A DNA stretch of 64,000 bases from Sandaracinaceae bacterium (GCA_044220955.1 JBGAQA010000024.1:1-64000), one strand, 5' to 3'; counted from the stretch's first letter, positions 1 to 9,031 are shown. Notes: generated from the sequence alone by a model not told the origin. Made by a program: numbers and translations.

Positions 1-132
1 GCGTCTGGCATAAGGATCCAGCACATCACTGGCCGCTCCGAACCGGGGCTGCACGCTGAAAACGTAGGCCACCCCGGCCTGCAACTGAGGCATGAACAGC
101 TCCCATACACCACTGTCAGCCAGCGGCCACAT
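1..132 (-). other. Partial GlgB-like (glycogen branching enzyme CBM48 region) coding fragment running off the window edge
   Basis: Manual translation gives MWPLADSGVWELFMPQLQAGVAYVFSVQPRFGAASDVLDPYARR, matching the PM..SGVWELF.P...G..Y.F....DPYA signature. An in-frame TAG lies 5 codons upstream of the ATG, and codon usage is unlike the rest of the window. Confidence 0.55.
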
Positions 133-158
133 GGGCAAGCCGCGCTACCCTCGCCCGC

Positions 159-866
159 ATGATGCGTGCCGCCGTGACGATCGCGCCGCGCCCGCGCTTC
201 TCGCTCGAGCCGCAGGACGTCGCGGGTGCCGCGATCGCGCTGCAGGCGTTCACGCTCTATCTCCTCGCGCTGCTCGCGCTGGCGCCGGCGACGGAGGCCG
301 AGTGGAGCCGCGCCGATCCGATCCTCGCGATCCTGCCGCGCGCGCCCACCCTCGCGCTGGTGCCGCTGCTCGGCATCGCCGCAGCAGCCTTCTGGGTGCG
401 CCGCGCCACGCCGCCACGCGCGGTCCTGCTCCGCTCGCTCGGGCTCGTAGGGGCCGGCGCGCTGGTCGCGATCACCATCGCGTGCGCCGAGCGCGCGTTC
501 GTCGGCCCGCACCTCCCTTCCTTCGTCCCGCCGGAAGAGAGCGCCGGGCCCGGGCTGCTGCTGAGCGAGACGGCCGGCTACGCCGAAGAGGTGATCTTCC
601 GCCTCGGCGTGCTCGCGCTCGTGTTCCCCGCGCTCACCCGGCGCCTGCCGAACGTCCCGGCGGCCCTCGCTGCCGCGCTCGTGACCGGCGTCGCGTTCGC
701 GCTCCTGCACGCGGCCGGCTCTTCGGAGTGGTCGTGGCCCTTCTTCGCCACCCGCGTGATCTTCCCGGGCATGGTGATGAGCCTCGCCTCGCTCGCCCTG
801 CGCCCCAGCTTCGTGATCGGCGCGCACTGCGCCGCGCACGTCGTCATCCCGTTTCTGTTCGTCTGA
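159..866 (+). CDS. CPBP/Abi (CAAX) family intramembrane glutamic endopeptidase
   Basis: Multiple hydrophobic helices with EExxFR (AEEVIFR), FxxxH (FALLH) and C-terminal HxxxH (HCAAH) motifs. Confidence 0.8.
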   Translation: MMRAAVTIAPRPRFSLEPQDVAGAAIALQAFTLYLLALLALAPATEAEWSRADPILAILPRAPTLALVPLLGIAAAAFWVRRATPPRAVLLRSLGLVGAGALVAITIACAERAFVGPHLPSFVPPEESAGPGLLLSETAGYAEEVIFRLGVLALVFPALTRRLPNVPAALAAALVTGVAFALLHAAGSSEWSWPFFATRVIFPGMVMSLASLALRPSFVIGAHCAAHVVIPFLFV

Positions 867-890
867 CGAGTTTCGCGCTAGGCCACGGAC

Positions 891-1901
891 ATGGCCAAGC
901 AGTTCAAGGTTGCGGTGCTGGGGGCGACGGGAGCGGTGGGTGAGACCATGCTCCGGGTCCTCCACGAACGTCGTTTCCCGGCGAGCGAGGTGATCGCGCT
1001 CGCGTCCCCCGCGAGCGCCGGGCGCAAGGTCCGCTTCGGCGACGGCGAGCTCGTCGTCCGTCCCGTCTCGGCCGACGCGTTCCACGGCGTGGACCTCGCG
1101 CTCTTCTCGGCCGGCTCCGGTCCGAGCAAGGAGTGGGGCCCGATCGCGGCGAAGGCGGGAGCGCTCGTCGTCGACAACTCGTCGGCCTGGCGCATGGACC
1201 CCGACGTCCCGCTCTGCGTGCCCGAGGTGAACCTCGCCGCGGCCCGCCACCCGAAGAAGGGCATCGTCGCGAACCCGAACTGCTCCACCATCCAGATGCT
1301 GGTCGCGCTCGAGCCGATCCGGCGCCTCTCGCGGATCCGCCGCATCGTCGTCTCGACGTACCAGGCGATCAGCGGGGCCGGCGCGAAGGCCGTCGAGGCA
1401 TTCCGCGCGCAGTCGCGCGCGTTCGCGGCGGGAGAGACGATCGAGCCGGGCATCCTGAACGGCCAGCTCGCCGGCAGCCTCCTCATGGAGTGGAAGCGCG
1501 ACGCCGCGACCGGCTACCAGGAAGAAGAGCTCAAGATGATCCACGAGACGCGCAAGATCTTCGACGACCCGGAGATCCGTGTCTCGCCGACCACCGTCCG
1601 CGTGCCGGTCGTCAACGGCCACAGCGAGTCGATCGCCATCGAGGCGAGCCGCGCGCTCACCGTGGCCGAGGTGCGCGAGGCGCTCGCGAAGGCTCCGGGG
1701 GTCAGGCTGGTCGACGACTTCGCCAAGGGCGTCTACCCGAAGCCCATCGACGCCGACGGCATCGACGACGTGCTCGTCGGCCGCGTTCGCGAGGATCTCG
1801 GCAACCCCGGCGGGATCCTGCTCTGGGTCGTCGGCGACAACGTCCGCAAGGGCGCCGCCACCAACGCCGTCCAGATCGCCGAGGGCCTCCTGGTCGGCTG
1901 A
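891..1901 (+). CDS. asd: Aspartate-semialdehyde dehydrogenase
   Basis: GATGAVG Rossmann motif, VDNSSAWRM, ANPNCST catalytic Cys, RVPVVNGHSE, DNVRKGAATNAVQIAE. Confidence 0.97.
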   Translation: MAKQFKVAVLGATGAVGETMLRVLHERRFPASEVIALASPASAGRKVRFGDGELVVRPVSADAFHGVDLALFSAGSGPSKEWGPIAAKAGALVVDNSSAWRMDPDVPLCVPEVNLAAARHPKKGIVANPNCSTIQMLVALEPIRRLSRIRRIVVSTYQAISGAGAKAVEAFRAQSRAFAAGETIEPGILNGQLAGSLLMEWKRDAATGYQEEELKMIHETRKIFDDPEIRVSPTTVRVPVVNGHSESIAIEASRALTVAEVREALAKAPGVRLVDDFAKGVYPKPIDADGIDDVLVGRVREDLGNPGGILLWVVGDNVRKGAATNAVQIAEGLLVG

Positions 1902-2044
1902 GACGACCCGAGCCACGGGCCGCCTCTGACGATTCGTCACGGGCGCGAGCGCGCCCGGGGCGGGGTCGTGCCAGAATGACGACGGCGGATGTGCTACGGA
2001 GCCGAGATCTTCGCGCTCCCTTCGCTCCGCGGAGCGAACGAGAC

Positions 2045-3085
2045 ATGGAACATCCCTTGCTCAACACCCGCGCCATGCGTCGCTCCGTCCTCCTGATCGC
2101 AGCCGCCGTGCTCGCGTGCGCGCTTCCCTCCACGGCCTTCGCGCTCTCGCCCACCGTCGGCGCGTTCGGGACCGGCAGCCACGCGGCAGGCAACACCAAC
2201 CTCGTCACCCTGCCGATCGGGACCGCCGAGTGCGCGACCGACATCCCGCTCGCGTTCGCCGGGCTCACCGCGAGCACGACCATGCGCTATCTCGACGTGT
2301 GGTGGGCCTCGTCTGCCGCAGCCGGCTGCCAGACCTCGACGACCCGCGCGAACATGACCAGTCCGGTCTGCCACTACGTGACGAGCATCCCCTACACGAC
2401 CGGCCCCAACACCACCGTCCACGTGTCGGCCGAGACGCTCTTCGGTGGCTGTACGTCGGACCAGCGGACGTTCTACTTCTTCGACACGGCGACGATGGAA
2501 GAGAACTCGATGACCTTCACCGCGTACTGGACGCTCGACGTGGCGATCGACGCGACGGCGCCCGTCGCGCCGGTGATCACGTCGACGCCCGCGGGCGACA
2601 CGCAGCTGCAGATCGCCTGGAACGCGTCGAGCTTCACCGACCTAGGGATGTCGGGGCGCGTGTACGTGTATGCGGACTCGACGGGATGCACCGGCGACGG
2701 TGGGACCAGCTCGCTCGTGCCCGGGGCGACGGCGCCCTCCACGACGCTCGCGTCGCTGGCTGCGTCGAACCCCGCCACGCTCCAGACGTCGCTCCTCGGG
2801 TGGTCGACCGGGACGTACGGTCAGTCCGCGGCCATCGCGATCGCCGTCGTCGACACGGCGGGCAACGTCAGCCCGCTCTCGAACGTCGTCTGCGCCTCGC
2901 ACGTGCAGGTGAGCGGCTTCTTCGATCAGTACTGCGCCGCGCACGGCATGACCGACACGACGGCGTGCGCCAACAACTACCGCGGGTGCTCGGTCGGCCT
3001 CCCGAGCCGGCGCATCGACCTCGCTGCGTGTGCGCTCGGCCTGCTGGTCGCGGGCGTCTTCGTGGCACGCCGGAGGGCGCGATGA
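2045..3085 (+). CDS. Secreted Thr/Cys-rich surface protein with MYXO-CTERM-like anchor (MXAN_2561-like)
   Basis: Start placed at MEHPLL (or MRRS at 2075) inside ORF 1133..3085. Signal peptide ends at AFA, there is an FN3-like DATAPVAP..GDTQLQIAW..AVVDTAGNVS segment, and the C-terminus is GCSVG + hydrophobic helix + RRR. Confidence 0.7.
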   Translation: MEHPLLNTRAMRRSVLLIAAAVLACALPSTAFALSPTVGAFGTGSHAAGNTNLVTLPIGTAECATDIPLAFAGLTASTTMRYLDVWWASSAAAGCQTSTTRANMTSPVCHYVTSIPYTTGPNTTVHVSAETLFGGCTSDQRTFYFFDTATMEENSMTFTAYWTLDVAIDATAPVAPVITSTPAGDTQLQIAWNASSFTDLGMSGRVYVYADSTGCTGDGGTSSLVPGATAPSTTLASLAASNPATLQTSLLGWSTGTYGQSAAIAIAVVDTAGNVSPLSNVVCASHVQVSGFFDQYCAAHGMTDTTACANNYRGCSVGLPSRRIDLAACALGLLVAGVFVARRRAR

Positions 3086-3831
3086 GGCTCATGCCGGCCG
3101 CGACCATCGTGGCCACCCTCGTCGGGGTCTGCATCGCGGCCCCGGGCGCCGCCCAGGCGCAGGAGCGCCGCACGCGCTTCGACACCCCGGCCTACGGCAC
3201 GGAGTGGTCGACGACGCCGCAGTACCGGCCCAGCTCGGAGACGTTCACCGCGGAGATCCGGGTCGGGACGTACCAGCCCGACGTCGGGACGGCGTTCTCG
3301 GCCTTCAACGGCGATCTCGGCCCGATGCTCGGCCTCGAGCTGGACGGGCACGCGTTCCGCGTTCCCTACATCGGGCCGATCGTGTTCGGCGTGGGATTCG
3401 GCTGGGCGGAGTGGAGCGGCCCGGCGACCGCGACCACGACGACCACCGCGAACGTGGGCGACACGGGCCTCAGCCTGGTCATGTTCACCGGGCTGGTCGG
3501 CTGGCGCATCGACGGCCTGGCGCGGAACCTCAACGTTCCGCTCGTGCTGACGCCGAAGGTCGGCGTCGACTTCGGGTACTGGCAGACCGGCGTCACGGGT
3601 CGCACGCAGGCCGACGGCTGGTCGATCGGCCTGCACTGGGGCGCGCAGATCGCCCTCGAGCTCGACTTCCTCGATCCGCGCGCCGCGCACCGCCTCGACA
3701 ACGCGTGGGGGATCAACCACTCCGAGATCTTCTTCGAGGTGTACGGCGCCGACCTCGGGCCCTTCTCGAGCCACATGCTGCCGGTCGGTACGGCCTTCAC
3801 GTGGGCCGCGGGCCTGGGCTTCACGTTCTGA
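3082..3831 (+). CDS. Outer-membrane beta-barrel protein (MXAN_2562-like)
   Basis: ATGA overlap with the upstream gene. Signal peptide, alternating amphipathic strands, LDFLDP..A..LD..WGINHS.IFFE motif and terminal Phe (GLGFTF). Confidence 0.7.
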   Translation: MRLMPAATIVATLVGVCIAAPGAAQAQERRTRFDTPAYGTEWSTTPQYRPSSETFTAEIRVGTYQPDVGTAFSAFNGDLGPMLGLELDGHAFRVPYIGPIVFGVGFGWAEWSGPATATTTTTANVGDTGLSLVMFTGLVGWRIDGLARNLNVPLVLTPKVGVDFGYWQTGVTGRTQADGWSIGLHWGAQIALELDFLDPRAAHRLDNAWGINHSEIFFEVYGADLGPFSSHMLPVGTAFTWAAGLGFTF

Positions 3832-3856
3832 TCGCGCCCCGGCGGCGCTGCGCGGC

Positions 3857-4675
3857 GTGAGCGTGTCCGAGAGCGTGCCGGATCACGCGATCCTCCTGGT
3901 CGTCAGCTACGACGGCGCGGACTTCGCGGGCTTCGCGCGGCAGCCCGATCAGCGGACGGTGCAGGGCGTGCTCGAGGCGGCCATCGCGGGCATGAATGGC
4001 GCGCCCGTCGAGACGCGCGGCGCGGGCCGCACCGACGCGGGTGTCCACGCGCTCGGGCAGCGCGTCGCGTTCGACCCGGCGCGAGCGATCCCGGCGGGCG
4101 GCTGGGTGAAGGGGCTCGACGCGGCGCTGCCCGAGGACGTGGTCGTGCTCGACGCGGAGCTGCGGCCCCGCGGCTACAACCCGCGCTTCGACGCGGTCGA
4201 CAAGACCTACCGCTACGTGCTGCAGCTCACCGAGCACCGCGATCCCCACTGGCGGAGGCGTGCATGGTGGCTCGGCCGCGGGCGCCAGCGTCGCGAGGGC
4301 GGGCTCGATCTCGCGGCGATGCGCGAGGCGGCCTCGCGCTGGGTGGGCACGCACGACTTCCGCGCGTTCCGTGCGGCCGACGACGAGCGCGACAACACCA
4401 CGCGGACGATGCTGGCCTTCGAGGTGATCGAGCGCTGGGCCGGCGAGCCCTCGCTCGTCGCGATCGAGGTGAGAGGCAGCGCGTTCATGAAGAACATGGT
4501 GCGGATCCTCGTCGGCACGCTCGTCGAGGTCGGCCGCGGCAAGCTCTCCGTCGAGGACGCGGCCGGGCTGCTCGGGCCGGGCGGACGCCGGGAAGACGCC
4601 GGAACGACCGCCCCCGCGCACGGCCTCACACTCGTTCAGGTGCGCCTCGGACGCGGCTCGCCACCCGCGGCTTGA
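3857..4675 (+). CDS. truA: tRNA pseudouridine(38-40) synthase
   Basis: YDGADFAGF, GAGRTDAGVHA, GTHDFRAF, FMKNMVRILVG, TAPAHGL. Confidence 0.95.
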   Translation: MSVSESVPDHAILLVVSYDGADFAGFARQPDQRTVQGVLEAAIAGMNGAPVETRGAGRTDAGVHALGQRVAFDPARAIPAGGWVKGLDAALPEDVVVLDAELRPRGYNPRFDAVDKTYRYVLQLTEHRDPHWRRRAWWLGRGRQRREGGLDLAAMREAASRWVGTHDFRAFRAADDERDNTTRTMLAFEVIERWAGEPSLVAIEVRGSAFMKNMVRILVGTLVEVGRGKLSVEDAAGLLGPGGRREDAGTTAPAHGLTLVQVRLGRGSPPAA

Positions 4676-4794
4676 CGCCGGGCGCCGTCCGAACCATTTT
4701 GCGCGTCCTTTTTCCGGGTACGAGAGTTTTTCTCGGGGTCGATCGACCCGACGCCTAGCGCGACTACACGGAAGATCGTCGAGAGAAAACACCC

Positions 4795-5463
4795 ATGAAT
4801 CAGCACCCTGGCCTCATCGGCAAGAAGCTCGGAACCACGCAGATCTTCGAGGACGACGGCAACGTCACGCGCGTCACGGTCGTCGAGGTCGGTCCCTGCA
4901 CCGTCGTCGGCAAGCGCACCGAGGACAAGGACGGCTACTCGGCCCTCGTGCTCGGCTTCGGCGAGCGCAAGGAGAAGGGGCTCACCAAGCCCGAGGCCGG
5001 CTTCTTCAAGAAGCTCGGCATCAAGCCGCAGAAGCACGTGAAGGAGCTCCGCCTCCCGGCGGCCGAGGTCGCCAAGCACGAGGTCGGCGCGGTCATCAAG
5101 CCCTCCGACGTCTTCGAGGTCGGCCAGAAGGTCGACGTGGCCGGCAAGACCATCGGCCGCGGCTTCACCGGCGTCATGACGCGCTGGAACTTCCGCGGCT
5201 CGGCCACGGCGTCGCACGGCACGCACGAGTACCAGCGCCACGGCGGCGCCATCGGCACCAACATGACGCCCGGCCGCACGCTGCCGAACCTCAAGATGCC
5301 CGGCCAGTACGGCAACGAGAACGTGACCATCCAGAACCTGAAGGTCGCGCGCGTCATGGACGACAAGTACCTGCTCCTCATCGAGGGTGCGGTGCCGGGC
5401 GGCCGCAACGCGATCGTCACGGTGCGCGGCGCGATCAAGAAGCGCGGCGGCAAGAAGAGCTGA
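4795..5463 (+). CDS. rplC: 50S ribosomal protein L3 (stand-alone, not in the S10 operon)
   Basis: GLIGKKLGTTQIF, KDGYSA, VDVAGKTIGRGFTGVM, SHG, MPGQYGNENVTIQNL, GAVPG. Confidence 0.97.
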   Translation: MNQHPGLIGKKLGTTQIFEDDGNVTRVTVVEVGPCTVVGKRTEDKDGYSALVLGFGERKEKGLTKPEAGFFKKLGIKPQKHVKELRLPAAEVAKHEVGAVIKPSDVFEVGQKVDVAGKTIGRGFTGVMTRWNFRGSATASHGTHEYQRHGGAIGTNMTPGRTLPNLKMPGQYGNENVTIQNLKVARVMDDKYLLLIEGAVPGGRNAIVTVRGAIKKRGGKKS

Positions 5464-5487
5464 GCGAGGCGAGCGTGAGCTCGAGTG

Positions 5488-5520
5488 ACGCCCCGGTGGC
5501 CACGTTGGCTTCCGGGGCGT
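5488..5520 (+). terminator. GC-rich stem-loop after rplC
   Basis: ACGCCCCGG...CCGGGGCGT 9-bp inverted repeat with inner pairing and only a weak U tail. Confidence 0.45.
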
Positions 5521-5539
5521 TCGCACATCCGGAGCGACG

Positions 5540-6139
5540 ATGAGCAAGCGCCCACAAGATCACTTCGGCCGCCGCGCACGCCGCGAGGGCTTCGCGGCCC
5601 GCTCGGTGTTCAAGCTCGAGGAGATCGATCGACGCGTGCGGCTGCTCGCGCCGGGCAAGCGCGTCCTCGATCTCGGCGCGTTCCCGGGCAGCTGGACGAG
5701 CTACGCGGCGCAGAAGGTCGGCCCGAAGGGCCGGGTGCTCGGCGTCGATCTCACCGAGTTCCGCGGGGCGCTGCCGCCCTGGGCCGAGATCCGCGTGGGC
5801 GACGCGCTCACGCTCGACCTCGCCGCCGAGCACGGGCCCTGCTCGTTCGACGTCGTGCTGAGCGACATGGCACCCGCGACCACGGGCCACCGCTTCGTCG
5901 ATCAGACGCGCAGCTTCGACCTCTTCACGAAGGCGCTGCACGTCGCCGAGGCCGTGCTGCCGCCGGGCGGGCACTTCGTCGGCAAGATCTTCCTCGGCCC
6001 CGACTTCGAGCACGCCAAGAAGGACGTCGCGCGCGTCTTCGAGCAGACCAAGATCATCAAGCCGCCCGCCAGCCGCACGGAGAGCTACGAGACGTTCCTC
6101 GTCGGGCTCCGCCGTCGCGGCAGCATCAAGCCGGGGTGA
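5540..6139 (+). CDS. rlmE: 23S rRNA Um2552 2'-O-methyltransferase (FtsJ/RrmJ)
   Basis: ARSVFKLEEID, VLDLGAFPGSW, DVVLSDMAP, FVGKIF, KPPASR.ESYE (K-D-K-E tetrad). Confidence 0.95.
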   Translation: MSKRPQDHFGRRARREGFAARSVFKLEEIDRRVRLLAPGKRVLDLGAFPGSWTSYAAQKVGPKGRVLGVDLTEFRGALPPWAEIRVGDALTLDLAAEHGPCSFDVVLSDMAPATTGHRFVDQTRSFDLFTKALHVAEAVLPPGGHFVGKIFLGPDFEHAKKDVARVFEQTKIIKPPASRTESYETFLVGLRRRGSIKPG

Positions 6140-6227
6140 TCCATCGGCTCGCCCCTGAGGTCCCTCCCGTCCGCGCGCGTTCGCGCGCTTCCGTCCGGGC
6201 CCTCCGCGGCGAGCACTCCTGCCGAGA

Positions 6228-6767
6228 TCAAGCCCGGCTGACGCGCTTCCAGAGCGGCAGCCGCACGTCCGACGCAGCCTGGTAGTACACGTCGAGCTCG
6301 GCGAACGCGCTCAAGGTGGCCGCCGGATCGCGGCCGCCCGGTCCGTACTTCGGGTCGAGCTCGAACGCGTCGAACCCGCAGCGATGCATGAACAGCAGGT
6401 TGTCGCGCAGCACGTTGCCGACGGCGCGCACCTCGCCGGCGAAGCCGTGTCGCTCGCGCAGCAGCCGCGCCAGCGAGTACCCGCGCCCGTCCGTGTGCTT
6501 GGGAAACTCGATCGCGACGAGCGCGAGGCGCGGGAGGAGCGGCACGATCGGGTCGAGGCCCCGGTCGCTCGGGAGGCGCACGCCCGTACGGCCCGCGCGA
6601 TCGAGGACCGCAGGCTCCGCCTCGAGACGCGCGAGCGTGACGATGACGTCCGTGCCGGCCGCGACGGGCCCGGCGCCCGCAGCCAGCCACGGGTCGCGCT
6701 CCGCGAGCGAATAGCCCCCGCGCGCGCTGCCCTCACTCGGCGGCGCGCTTTTCCGAATGAGCGCCAT
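6228..6767 (-). CDS. DUF934 family protein (sulfite reductase-associated)
   Basis: FPKHTDGRGYSLARLLRER, EVRAVGNVLRD, RCGFDAF, YYQ. Start at MALIRK. Confidence 0.88.
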   Translation of the reverse strand: MALIRKSAPPSEGSARGGYSLAERDPWLAAGAGPVAAGTDVIVTLARLEAEPAVLDRAGRTGVRLPSDRGLDPIVPLLPRLALVAIEFPKHTDGRGYSLARLLRERHGFAGEVRAVGNVLRDNLLFMHRCGFDAFELDPKYGPGGRDPAATLSAFAELDVYYQAASDVRLPLWKRVSRA

Positions 6768-8433
6768 ACACGGCCTCCTTGAATGGCTCCGCCCCGAGGC
6801 GCCGGTGCGCCTCGATGAACGTCTCGTCCTCGCTCGTCCGGAGCGAGACGTAAGTGCGCACGATGCGCTCGATCGCCGGCCCGACCTCGCTCGCGGAGAG
6901 CGCACGCCCGAGGATGCGCCCGAGGGCGGCCTCGGTTCCTCCGACGCCGACGCCGCCCGAGCCGCCCAGCATGAGCTGGTAGAACTCCTCGCCCTGCTTG
7001 TCGATGCCGAGGATCCCGATGTTGCCGACGTGGTGGTGGCCGCACGCGTTGATGCAGCCCGAGATGTTCAGCGTGAGCGGCCCGACGTCGAACACCCAGT
7101 CGAGATCGTCGAAGCGGCGGGTGATGTCCTCGGCGATCGGGATGGAGCGGGCGTTCGCGAGGTCGCAGTAGTCGAGCCCCGGGCAGGTGATCATGTCCGT
7201 GATGCGGTCGACGTTGGGCGTCGCGAAGCCCAGGCGGGCGAGCGCGGCGTGCACCTCGCGGAGATCGCGGACGGCGACGTCGGTCAGGACCAGGTTCTGG
7301 CGGTGCGTCACCACGATCCGACCCATCGAGAAGCGGTCGGCGAGGTCGGCCACCGCGTCCATCTGCTCGGAGGTGACGTCGCCGGGCGGGGCCAGCGTGC
7401 TCTTCAGCGAGAGGTGGACGATCGCGTAGCCCGGCACCCGGTGCGGCGTGAGGTTTCCCTTCGCCCAGCGCGCGATCTCGCGGTCCTTGCTCAGCCGCAG
7501 CGCCTCGACGCTCGTCGTGCCGTCGCCGAGCGTCTCGTACACCGGCGGCGCGAAGTAGCGCTTCATGCGCGCGATCTCCGCCGCGTCGAGGACCAGCGCC
7601 GGCTCGTCGACGATCTTCGCGTGCTCCTGCTCGACGCGACGCCGGAACTCCTCGACCCCGAGCTCCTTCACCAGGACCTTGACGCGCGCCTTGTACTTGT
7701 TGTCGCGGCGTCCCTCGAGGTTGTAGATGCGGAGCACCGCCTCCGTGTAGCTGAGCAGGTCGCGCTCGGGCACGAACGCGCGGATCCGCTCGGCCAAGAG
7801 GGGCGTGCGCCCCTGACCGCCGCCCACGAAGTAGTCGAACCCGATCTCGCCGCGCTCGTTCTTCACCACGCGTATGCCGATGTCGTGCACGGCGATCGCC
7901 GCGCGGTCGTCGCGTGCTCCCGTGAGAGCGAGCTTGAATTTCCGCGGGAGCGCCGCGAGCTCCGGGTGGAACGTGGACCACTGCCGCAGGATCTCGCAGT
8001 AAGGCCGGGGGTCGATCTCTTCGTCCGCCGCGACGCCGGCGAAGGGATCGGCGGTCACGTTCCGGATGCAGTTGCCGCTCGTCTGGATGGCGTGCATCTC
8101 GACCGACGCGAGCTCGTCCAGGATCGTGGGTACGTCCTCGAGCTTGGGCCAGTTGAGCTGCAGGTTCTGGCGCGTGGTGAAGTGCGCGTAGCCGCGATCG
8201 AAGCGGCGGGTGATGTCGGCGAGCTTCCGGAGCTGCGTGCTGGACAAGAGACCGTACGGGATCGCGATCCGCAGCATGTACGCGTGCAGCTGCAGATAGA
8301 GGCCGTTCTGCAGGCGGAGCGGGCGAAACTCCTCCTCGGTCAGCTCGCCGGCCATGCGCCGCCGGACCTGGTCGCGCAGCTGCGCGGCGCGCTCCCGCAC
8401 CAGGCGGCGATCGTGCTCGTCGTAGACGTACAT
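6733..8433 (-). CDS. cysI: Nitrite/sulfite reductase hemoprotein (siroheme, 4Fe-4S)
   Basis: FRPLRLQNGLYLQLHAYMLR, HFTTRQNLQ, TSGNCIRN, LPRKFK and the CPGLDYC...SGCINACG siroheme-FeS motif. Start at MYVYDE. Confidence 0.9.
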   Translation of the reverse strand: MYVYDEHDRRLVRERAAQLRDQVRRRMAGELTEEEFRPLRLQNGLYLQLHAYMLRIAIPYGLLSSTQLRKLADITRRFDRGYAHFTTRQNLQLNWPKLEDVPTILDELASVEMHAIQTSGNCIRNVTADPFAGVAADEEIDPRPYCEILRQWSTFHPELAALPRKFKLALTGARDDRAAIAVHDIGIRVVKNERGEIGFDYFVGGGQGRTPLLAERIRAFVPERDLLSYTEAVLRIYNLEGRRDNKYKARVKVLVKELGVEEFRRRVEQEHAKIVDEPALVLDAAEIARMKRYFAPPVYETLGDGTTSVEALRLSKDREIARWAKGNLTPHRVPGYAIVHLSLKSTLAPPGDVTSEQMDAVADLADRFSMGRIVVTHRQNLVLTDVAVRDLREVHAALARLGFATPNVDRITDMITCPGLDYCDLANARSIPIAEDITRRFDDLDWVFDVGPLTLNISGCINACGHHHVGNIGILGIDKQGEEFYQLMLGGSGGVGVGGTEAALGRILGRALSASEVGPAIERIVRTYVSLRTSEDETFIEAHRRLGAEPFKEAVYGAHSEKRAAE

Positions 8434-8732
8434 CAGGGCGTGTATCCCATGCGGCGGCGGGCGGCGGCGGGTCCGAGCGCGCGCAGGCGCTCCCGAGCCG
8501 ACAAGATGCGGCCACCGCGCGCGTCCAGCTCGCACTCGATCGCGTACGCGCCGCAGACGTCGCGCTCGCGCGTCTTGGCCCACGAGATGGACGCGTCGCG
8601 CTCGACGGGATCGCGTGTCACGGATGCGTCCGCGAGGTCCTCCGACCAGCGCCGGCCGGGCGCCAGATAGACGACCCGGCCGTCACCCAGTCGGTTCGCG
8701 GTCACGATGTACTCGACCTGCCTCTGCGCCAT
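8433..8732 (-). CDS. DUF2849 family protein
   Basis: IVTANRLGDGRVVYL...W...RERLRALGP. Its stop codon overlaps the reductase start codon. Confidence 0.85.
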   Translation of the reverse strand: MAQRQVEYIVTANRLGDGRVVYLAPGRRWSEDLADASVTRDPVERDASISWAKTRERDVCGAYAIECELDARGGRILSARERLRALGPAAARRRMGYTP

Positions 8733-8807
8733 CTTCGATAATCCCCGACCGGAGAACCGTAGTACATCATAGAGGCGCTCTGGCGCCGCGGCAACCATCG
8801 CCTGCGC

Positions 8808-8836
8808 TTGACCGTTCCGGGCCTCCGGCGTAGATA
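8808..8836 (+). promoter_or_regulatory. Putative sigma70-type promoter of the tRNA-Gln/tRNA-Glu pair
   Basis: TTGACC-N17-TAGATA ending 13 nt upstream of tRNA-Gln. Confidence 0.5.
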
Positions 8837-8849
8837 GCCGACCCCGCTC

Positions 8850-8920
8850 TCGGGGATCGTCTAATGGCAGGACAACAGTTTCTGGCACTGTTTATCTAGG
8901 TTCGACTCCTAGTCCCCGAA
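8850..8920 (+). tRNA. tRNA-Gln(CTG)
   Basis: Acceptor TCGGGGA/TCCCCGA, anticodon arm ACAGT-TTCTGGC-ACTGT, T arm CTAGG-TTCGACT-CCTAG. No encoded CCA. Confidence 0.93.
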
Positions 8921-8954
8921 TTCGCTTTCTTCCTGCCCCCTTGCTCCGTTCCTT

Positions 8955-9026
8955 GGCCCCATCGTCTAGTGGTTAGGACATCGGCCTCTCACGCCGGTAA
9001 CCGGGGTTCAAGTCCCCGTGGGGTCG
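8955..9026 (+). tRNA. tRNA-Glu(CTC)
   Basis: Acceptor GGCCCCA/TGGGGTC, anticodon arm TCGGC-CTCTCAC-GCCGG, T arm CGGGG-TTCAAGT-CCCCG. Confidence 0.95.
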
Positions 9027-9031
9027 TCCGC

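Noticed and set aside
8850..9026. ORF extensions 8433..8888 and 8969..9676 covering the tRNAs
   Set aside because: These N-terminal extensions overlap clear tRNA genes. The true starts are 8732 and 9032.
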